A DNA stretch of 64,000 nucleotides from a virus (Duplodnaviria; Caudoviricetes): IMG/VR virus record IMGVR_UViG_3300011868_000001, positions 32,001 to 96,000 of that record. One strand, given 5' to 3'. Under the pieces are notes generated by a model, which was not told where the DNA came from, made no database searches, and was given only the letters and a program-made list of their open reading frames with translations. The translations under genes and the position numbers were made by a program. Positions 57,430 to 64,000 of the stretch are shown one piece after another. Each line of letters begins with the position of its first letter. Position 1 is the stretch's first letter.

Positions 57430-59193
57430 ATGTCAGTTGTAAAGAAAGTCCCGCTCTTTGACAAGGATGAGGTGCTTGGCCTTGAGTGCAAGCACGCGGT
57501 TTACACCGAGAGTTCCCTGAATCCTGATGATGATCTGTTGACCGTCAAAGAACTGGTTCACCTTAAAGACGGGCGCAAGATTCCCCGGCTGCGCTTTTAC
57601 AAGAACCGCCCGCGGCCCTTTGGCATCACCAAAGAGAAATACCGCAATCACAAAGACAAAAAAGAAGTCGAAGACATCGACAAGCTGGTTGTGGTAGAAA
57701 CCACGCAGCGTGCGTTAAACCGCAATATCGTCAAGCGCCTGGGGTATGGTAACCCTAATACCCAATTGCGCATGCTGTGCCGCAGCCCGTTCATCTACGG
57801 GGCCGATATCACCCCAGCCACACTGATCAAGCAGCAATACCGTGAAAAGTGGCCGGGATTGTTCTATTCCAACCAGGTGGCTGTGCTCGATACCGAAACC
57901 GACATGTGGAACGGCGACGGTAAGGATGTGATCATCTCCACAGTGACGTTCAAGAAGAAAGCCATCATCACCATTCTTGACACGTGGATCAAAGGCATTC
58001 CCGATCCGATCAACACCATCCTTAAAGCACTGGATGAACACCTGGGACACATCACCAAACCCCGTGGCATTGAGTTTGAGATTCAGATTCAAAAGTCCGG
58101 TGGGGAAATGATCAAGACCTGTATCGATCGCTGTCATGAATGGATGCCTGACTTTGTCAGCTTCTGGAACATGGACTTCGATATGACCGTCATGATCCGG
58201 GAACTGGAGCGTTCTGGGTACAACCTGGCGGATGTGTTCAGTGCTCCAGAAGTGCCACCAGAGTTTCGTTATTTCCGCTACAAGCGCGGTCCTGATCAGA
58301 AGGTCAAAGCGGACGGTAAGTCCGAGAACCTTGCCTGGTACGACCGTTGGCACGTGGTGGAGACTCCCTCCAGTCACTTCTGGATCGACTCGGCGGCTGT
58401 CTACCGGAACATCCGTCGGGCCAAGGGTAAAGAACCTAGCTATGCACTGGACAGCATCCTGAAGAAGCAGTTGGGTGAGGACTGGGGCAAGTTGTATTTC
58501 CCCATGGGTGATTCCAAGGCCTCGCCTGGCAGTGTCGAATGGCACCGGCAGATGCAGAAGGACTACAAAGTCAACTACGTGGTCTATAACGTCTACGACT
58601 GCTTGGGTGTTGAGTTGCTGGATGAGAAGGTCACTGACCTGAACACCCAGATCGGGATTCTGTCGGAGAGTTCGGAATACACTATCTTCAACTCCAACCC
58701 TAAGCGCAATATCAATGCCTTCTACTTTGACATGCTCAAAGACGGCAAGATGGCTGGGACCTTGTCGGATCAGATGGAGGATGAGCTCGACAAGCTCTTG
58801 CTGGGCAAGGATGACTGGATCGTGACGTTGCCGACGAGTCTGGTGGAAGCCAATGGCGTGTACATGATCCAAGACCTGCCTTCGGTCAGAAGCTTTGTTC
58901 GTCGCTACACCTCGGACGCGGACATCGGTTCAACCTACCCGAACGGCGAGATCATCCTGAACCTGTCGAAGATGACCACGATGTATGAAGTTGGTCGAAT
59001 TGCCGGGATCACGGCCAGCAAGCAGCGGTTGGTGGGCATTAACCTGACGGGTGGGCCGGTTAACTCGATTGAGATTCTCACTGACGTGATGAAAGCCCCT
59101 GACCCCTTCCAGCTCTTGGAAGCGTTCGAGGCTGAACTGGCTCAGGAAGAGACTCCGGCGCAAAAGACTCTCAGGCTAAGCTCGGTAGTCTGA
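57430..59193 (+). CDS. split family-B DNA polymerase, exonuclease-containing subunit
   Basis: ExoI LDTETD, ExoII FWNMDFD, ExoIII YNVYD, and polB motif A-like DIGSTYP near the C-terminus; no motif C. Confidence 0.8.
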   Translation: MSVVKKVPLFDKDEVLGLECKHAVYTESSLNPDDDLLTVKELVHLKDGRKIPRLRFYKNRPRPFGITKEKYRNHKDKKEVEDIDKLVVVETTQRALNRNIVKRLGYGNPNTQLRMLCRSPFIYGADITPATLIKQQYREKWPGLFYSNQVAVLDTETDMWNGDGKDVIISTVTFKKKAIITILDTWIKGIPDPINTILKALDEHLGHITKPRGIEFEIQIQKSGGEMIKTCIDRCHEWMPDFVSFWNMDFDMTVMIRELERSGYNLADVFSAPEVPPEFRYFRYKRGPDQKVKADGKSENLAWYDRWHVVETPSSHFWIDSAAVYRNIRRAKGKEPSYALDSILKKQLGEDWGKLYFPMGDSKASPGSVEWHRQMQKDYKVNYVVYNVYDCLGVELLDEKVTDLNTQIGILSESSEYTIFNSNPKRNINAFYFDMLKDGKMAGTLSDQMEDELDKLLLGKDDWIVTLPTSLVEANGVYMIQDLPSVRSFVRRYTSDADIGSTYPNGEIILNLSKMTTMYEVGRIAGITASKQRLVGINLTGGPVNSIEILTDVMKAPDPFQLLEAFEAELAQEETPAQKTLRLSSVV

Positions 59194-59220
59194 CCAAAGA
59201 AAAAAGAAAGAAGCACAGGA

Positions 59221-59263
59221 GACTGGTACTAGGCCATTACAGCCTAGTACCAGTCCCTATGTC
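59221..59263. terminator. stem-loop between convergent genes
   Basis: GACTGGTACTAGGC-CATTACA-GCCTAGTACCAGTC, then CCTATG; A-tract on the left. Confidence 0.75.
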
Positions 59264-59273
59264 GTTTCTTCGG

Positions 59274-59522
59274 TTACATCAGAGAGCGAATTACATCCAT
59301 TAGCCAGTAGGCGTGTTCCGTAATTGTATCCCATCGTTTAAATACCTTGTAGCCCAGAGACAGGAGTTGCCATTTGTAACGGTCAACCCATTGCACGGTA
59401 CGGTGTAACACAGGTGTTTTCTGTGTCTTTCTTACCTCTTCGGTTGCAAGTACATTGGTTGTGGTGTAAGTTGCGTTTACTGTAACGGTCACCTTTATTA
59501 TCAAGACTTTATTATTTTTCAT
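59274..59522 (-). CDS. small AT-rich hypothetical protein
   Basis: 82 aa; RBS AAGGA. Confidence 0.55.
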   Translation of the reverse strand: MKNNKVLIIKVTVTVNATYTTTNVLATEEVRKTQKTPVLHRTVQWVDRYKWQLLSLGYKVFKRWDTITEHAYWLMDVIRSLM

Positions 59523-59696
59523 ACGTAGTTCCTTATTTAAGCCCAGGTCAATCGAGACCCAGAGCAGTTAGTGTGTCGCCCAACCAGTTACACCTACGCG
59601 ATCCCTTATCGGCAGGCAGGAGGGTTGCTCTCCTAATGCTTAAGGTATCACGTCTTGATGGGTTTGTCAAGACGTGATACCTAGTTAGTTACATTG

Positions 59697-60413
59697 TCAG
59701 ATCAGTCGATGGGATTCGATGTCCTCGGCTTTCAGGTCGATGTAAAACTCCTCGACGCTGTAAGGACCGTCTATCAGCTTGCCCTCGCTGAATCGAGCCA
59801 AGATGCGACACATACCACAGATACGGACAGCATGGCCCTCAGAGAGCTTCGCAGCCACCTTCATGACATCCTCCTGACGCTCGGCGTAGAAGTACGGCTG
59901 CATGTGGGTTTCCAACTCAATGGTCAGTTGACAATAATGGTTCTCATACGGCAGGTATTCAAACGCCTTGTTGTTGAACAGGTAGTGTTTGAAGTAGCTG
60001 TACTCACCCACGATGGCTACATCGTCGATGACGACTTTGACCAGCCGGCCGTAATTGATGCCATTTTTAATAACGGGTGTCATTTGTGGTTCTCCCATGA
60101 TCTCGGTTGGAAGGACCTCACAGGGAAGTCCGTTGATGTAGCTGATGCAGTTCACGTCCAGCCCTGACAACACGGTGGTACCATCGACTTTAAGGCAATG
60201 GTCAGCGTGCTGTTCTGCTTCAGCAACCGTATCGTCGTACAGCTCGAGCAGACGCGCGCACAACGACTCATCGACACGAATGACCATCTGCGTCTCTGCA
60301 TTGGGCATGCCACGCGCAACATTGACACTTTGACATGTCAGGGCGTAGTTCGCCCCTTCAGGCAAGGTGACTGCAAATGCAGCTAAGCGGCGTTTGAGTT
60401 CAGTTACATCCAT
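59697..60413 (-). CDS. hypothetical protein
   Basis: 238 aa; RBS AAGGAG. Confidence 0.7.
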   Translation of the reverse strand: MDVTELKRRLAAFAVTLPEGANYALTCQSVNVARGMPNAETQMVIRVDESLCARLLELYDDTVAEAEQHADHCLKVDGTTVLSGLDVNCISYINGLPCEVLPTEIMGEPQMTPVIKNGINYGRLVKVVIDDVAIVGEYSYFKHYLFNNKAFEYLPYENHYCQLTIELETHMQPYFYAERQEDVMKVAAKLSEGHAVRICGMCRILARFSEGKLIDGPYSVEEFYIDLKAEDIESHRLI

Positions 60414-60430
60414 GCTGGTATCTCCTTGAG

Positions 60431-60838
60431 TTAATCTTCGTCAACAGGCCATTCATCATCATCGATTGGGTCATCCTCGATCTCGTCATCATCGGGAAGC
60501 TCATCGAGTTCTTCGGCATAGCGTGCACGCTGATGTTCAACACAGGCTTCACAGAGTTCGTAGACCGGGCCATTGTTCCCTTCTTCGAAATCACGGTAAG
60601 GCTTGAGGTTGGAGGAGTGAGTTCCGCAACTATCACAATTACCTTCAATCGTTGCATTGCGGATTTCATCGGTACGGATGGTCAGATGTTCAGCGCAGTA
60701 GTATTCCCACTCGACGCCCATCGAATCCACTTCACCGGCGATCTTGCCAACTGCGTGCTCATTACAGTCTTCGTACTCGCAGTTAAATGCTCGTTCCTCA
60801 CTAACCAGTGACCGACGGGCACCAGGTAGAATAGACAT
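60431..60838 (-). CDS. double zinc-finger protein with acidic tail
   Basis: CEYEDC...CAEH; CDSC...CEAC; D/E-rich end. Confidence 0.7.
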   Translation of the reverse strand: MSILPGARRSLVSEERAFNCEYEDCNEHAVGKIAGEVDSMGVEWEYYCAEHLTIRTDEIRNATIEGNCDSCGTHSSNLKPYRDFEEGNNGPVYELCEACVEHQRARYAEELDELPDDDEIEDDPIDDDEWPVDED

Positions 60839-60904
60839 GGTAATCTCCTTTAGATTATGGGTTATCCACGACTATCATGTATCGTTACAATTAATTCGAA
60901 TCGG

Positions 60905-60936
60905 ACATAGAGCCAGGGCATTGCCCTGGCTCTATG
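60905..60936. terminator. stem-loop (CATA-hairpin-TATG family)
   Basis: ACATAGAGCCAGGGC-ATT-GCCCTGGCTCTATGT. Confidence 0.7.
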
Positions 60937-60937
60937 T

Positions 60938-61499
60938 TCACCACTTAAAAGCAGGAGGCAAGCTTTCCAGAGAGGCATCATCTACAGTGGCGCCCGTCTT
61001 TTGAAGCATCCGTTTGAGGTTCTTCTCCCGTTGCTGATCCGAGAACAGGGTGGAAGAATCCCAGCCCCATTGCAGCAGGCCCTGCCGTTGCTTGACATTG
61101 CACTTCTTGTCAGACAGCGAACAACTGGATTTGAGTTGGCCCATGTGCCTTGCTACAAAACTCTTCCAGCGCTTGATCTGCTTATCGTCCTCAGTGCCTA
61201 AACGACGCCCAAGGTAGTATTTGATATACCATTCCCACCAACCTAGCGGGGAGTCTCTGGTTGTCCATCCCTTACGCTGCCATTCTTTCAAAGACTGCCT
61301 GGATTTAATTCCATAGTGATTTATACTCACGTCAGGGTCAGACCCTCGCTTGAGCACTTTCTTGTGGTTTTTTATATTCGGCAGGAATGTCCTGGATGGC
61401 AGAGGTATATATTCCTTCAAATATTCCTTTGTCCAACATCTCCATTGGAGTATACGATGGACAAAAGTCGGGATGCCATAATTTCTTATCCATTTCCAT
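60938..61499 (-). pseudogene. full-length second copy of the 62204..62479 gene with a 1-nt frameshift in an A6 run (real or sequencing error)
   Basis: MEMDKKLWHPDFCPSYTPMEMLDKGIFEG... in one frame continues as HKKVLKRGSDPDVSINHYGIKSRQ... in another; the shift is at 61368-61373. Confidence 0.75.
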
Positions 61500-62148
61500 C
61501 CTCATCTAGCTTTTGGATGAATCTCTTAGCTACTGCTTGCGCAGGCGTCATGCCAGAATTTATCCTATTTAAAATCGTTTGATAAGGTATATCGAACATT
61601 TGTGAGAACTGTTTAATGGACATTTCATTACCGTTATAAATCAATTTACGTGTAGATCGCCTATTATTAGCCTGCTCTAATCGACTGGCCCATCTACAGT
61701 TATCCGGAGAGTACCCTTTGTCATTCTCTATTCTTTCTAAGGTATTACCGCCACAGTTTCCCATGTCCGAGTAAAAGTTTTCAAATGAATTAGTCCAGCG
61801 CGAACATACGGTTATACCACGCCCGCCATATGCGTGATAATTATCTGCGTTTGGATTATTGCATCTGTTTAACATAGCTCTCCATATGCGATATTCTGGA
61901 GAATTGCTCATTCCATGGGTTGTCTTTGTTTCTGTAGCGACCTCTTTATGGTAGCAGCCACAGCTGGTAGTTAAACCACCTTGTAGACTAGCCGCTCTAA
62001 CTTTAACGACGTTACCGCAGATACATGAACAATTCCAGACAACTTCCTTGGAATTAGGTTCTCTTCCAATAACAGTAAGGCGTCCGTAAACAAGACCAGT
62101 TTTATCATGAAATACGCCGGGCTTTGACAAATAACGATTAGGTTCCAT
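61486..62148 (-). mobile_element. free-standing HNH homing endonuclease gene
   Basis: YGRLTV, CSCICG, SCGC, YGGRGITVC, LERIENDKGYSPDNCRWA..EQANN; visibly AT-rich relative to the flanks. Confidence 0.9.
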
Positions 62149-62203
62149 CTATGTCTCCGTATGGAAATAGTTATATCGACTCAAATATAATGTATCGGTA
62201 TAA

Positions 62204-62479
62204 TTATTTCCACCAACCCCCTTCATCGGTCATGATCCAACCGTTAGCCTTCCATGCGGACAGGGGCTGTCTGGATTTGACACCGTAATAGTTCAGTGAG
62301 ACATCAGGTGGATCTTTGGGACCTACGACCTTTTTGATCTTCTTCCAAGAGGCCGGGATGCCCTTGATGATGTTGATGTACTTGCCTTCAAAGACACCCA
62401 TCTCCAGCATTTCTTCAGGCGTGAAGGACGGAGTGAATTCAGGGTGCCAAGTTTTCTTTTGTGCTTCCATGGAGATCAT
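62204..62479 (-). pseudogene. 5' half of the resident gene, truncated at the HNH cassette insertion point
   Basis: WHPEFTPSFTPEEMLEMGVFEG...NYYGVKSRQ...GGWW followed immediately by K-stop. Confidence 0.75.
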
Positions 62480-62564
62480 GATCGCAGTCTCGGTATGAGG
62501 TTATCCATAGCGATACGAACAAAAAAGAAAGGGAGGCCGAAGCCTCCCTGATGCATCTCATCAT

Positions 62565-62723
62565 TTACACTTTGAGTAGTTGATGATGGAGCTTTAAGTT
62601 GCGTTTAAGGAGGGTCTTCATGAAACGTGAGGAGTTGTTGTAGAAGTTCCTATTGCGCTTCTTACAAGCACCGCCAAGTGCGATCTCATCGATATTCCAC
62701 GTAAGCATGACCGGCGTGTTCAT
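62565..62723 (-). CDS. small basic hypothetical protein (52 aa, not in the ORF track)
   Basis: MNTPVMLTWNIDEIALGGACKKRNRNFY...; ATGA-coupled to 62720..63004 and followed by a hairpin plus T-tract. Confidence 0.5.
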   Translation of the reverse strand: MNTPVMLTWNIDEIALGGACKKRNRNFYNNSSRFMKTLLKRNLKLHHQLLKV

Positions 62724-63004
62724 GCGTCAACCAACCTGTCCAGAATGAACTGGAGCTTCTGGACGGCAGGGGCTTCTTCGACGATCTCGAGGTTATCCAA
62801 CGCCATTGTGTTGGGTTTGGACGTGTCGATCTCAAGGCCTGTAGTGAAATAGGTAGGAATCTCGCTACCATGCGTCACATAGATCGTGACCTCACCGTTC
62901 TCACCGGCTTCGGTGCCTACGACCTCGCTGATGAAATCCGGGATGTTGGTAAAGGACAGCTTAGCGCCGACTTGCAGTTTGGCAAGTTTCTCTTGCGGGG
63001 TCAT
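62720..63004 (-). CDS. hypothetical protein
   Basis: 94 aa; RBS AAGGAG. Confidence 0.7.
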   Translation of the reverse strand: MTPQEKLAKLQVGAKLSFTNIPDFISEVVGTEAGENGEVTIYVTHGSEIPTYFTTGLEIDTSKPNTMALDNLEIVEEAPAVQKLQFILDRLVDA

Positions 63005-63006
63005 GA

Positions 63007-63438
63007 TTAGACTCCTTGCCTGTAGTCGCTGAACGCGTCGACCATATCCTGCATGGTGATCTTGCGGTCGAGGTCCGTGATGTTAAATGAGAACAGGGTA
63101 CTGGTACTGCCCACCGTAAGGCTTTCTTTGATGCGGGTTTCACGTTTGAATTCCCATTTGTTCTCTGAAGACTTGCCGGTCTTCTCGATGCGCCCCCAAT
63201 ACGCGTACTGCGAATAGAGTTCTTTGTTGCACAGCATCGAACGCGAGCCGTTAGGCAGGGACTTGGCGGAAACCACCGTGACCTGGATCAGTTTCGGCGT
63301 GATGATCTTAACGATGTAGGCACAGCGATCAGCAATCTCGAACAGTCCGTCGTAGGCGTTATGAGTGGCGTTGATGTGGGCGTTAATCAGATTGAGGATT
63401 TTCTTGCGTGTATCTTGACGTTGTTGACGAGTACTCAT
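63007..63438 (-). CDS. hypothetical protein
   Basis: 143 aa; RBS AAGGAG. Confidence 0.7.
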   Translation of the reverse strand: MSTRQQRQDTRKKILNLINAHINATHNAYDGLFEIADRCAYIVKIITPKLIQVTVVSAKSLPNGSRSMLCNKELYSQYAYWGRIEKTGKSSENKWEFKRETRIKESLTVGSTSTLFSFNITDLDRKITMQDMVDAFSDYRQGV

Positions 63439-63505
63439 GGTGCAGCTCCTTCTAGGTGAGACGACATAGCAGGTAGGCGAACCTACCTGCTAGTCTGTTG
63501 GGTAT

Positions 63506-63901
63506 TTAGGCGATCATGGCTGACAGCTCGCTCACGGAGGCGGGCTTGGTCAGTACAACGTGTTCCAGGACGTCATAGCGCTCGTTCTTGAGCAGGCAGG
63601 CGATCATGGAGGCACTGGATTCGTCGCATGGCCGTTTGGCTTCAAGGTCCCAGCCAAAACGTTGGACGATCTTTTCGATGATGGGGTTGTATTTCCGATC
63701 AATGCTGGTCACTTCCACCGACATAACCAATTGATCGACCCCATCGCCTTCTTCATCCAGTTCTGCAGTCTTGAGTTTGACCGCCCCAAGTTCCAGGGCG
63801 TTGCCAAAAGAATCGCCGATGCACATGAACTTGCGCAGCAGCTCTTTGCTCTCAGAATGCTCGTTGCTCAGAACCGGATGGAGAAGAAAATACTGTTGCA
63901 T
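63506..63901 (-). CDS. hypothetical protein
   Basis: 131 aa; RBS AAGGGG. Confidence 0.7.
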   Translation of the reverse strand: MQQYFLLHPVLSNEHSESKELLRKFMCIGDSFGNALELGAVKLKTAELDEEGDGVDQLVMSVEVTSIDRKYNPIIEKIVQRFGWDLEAKRPCDESSASMIACLLKNERYDVLEHVVLTKPASVSELSAMIA

Positions 63902-64000
63902 GTGAAGCCCCTTATACAGCGTTCCGTGATATGTGATCGTTACCGATCCCTAGTGTGGCAAGGCGTAGTTGTAATTGCATACTGTAGTCGTATGCTGTAT

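Noticed and set aside
61244-62209. Group I intron or intein carrying the HNH gene
   Set aside because: No P7/R/S core motifs like those in the thyA intron and no U|...G| boundary that restores the frame. The insert has stops and a duplicated 5' gene half instead.
3947-63493. Hairpins as CRISPR repeats, REP elements or MITEs
   Set aside because: They are dispersed singly, their stems differ in sequence, and no spacers, cas genes or transposase are present.
1-64000. tRNA/rRNA genes and alternative genetic code
   Set aside because: No cloverleaf or rRNA-like sequence was recognised by eye in the short intergenic gaps. Genes read fully under the standard code with all three stops used.

Overview
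This 64-kb window reads as part of a phiKZ-related (Chimalliviridae-like) jumbo phage genome, with most genes on the minus strand. The family assignment is inferred from protein motifs and gene order recalled from phiKZ; no database search was run. Left to right: a partial NAD-dependent DNA ligase, an SspB-like adaptor and small ORFs; a tail-fibre/receptor-binding module (about 4.8-19.9 kb); a run of small accessory ORFs with a GNAT, an HD hydrolase, thyA split by an ORF-less 304-nt group I intron, a second SspB-like gene, tmk and a SLOG protein; a virion structural block (about 37.8-57.3 kb); the exonuclease-bearing part of a split family-B DNA polymerase; and an HNH endonuclease cassette that truncates a resident gene and supplies a replacement 5' half. 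The best candidate for an undescribed system lies inside the tail module, directly downstream of the tail fibre and its tip protein: a tightly coupled run of a small ORF, a bicupin, two membrane fatty-acid desaturases and a stand-alone condensation-domain/acyltransferase. It looks like a phage-encoded lipid-tailoring and acyl-transfer cassette. Recurrent CATA-[hairpin]-TATG elements and two candidate phage promoter motifs occur throughout. No tRNA, rRNA or CRISPR array was seen.
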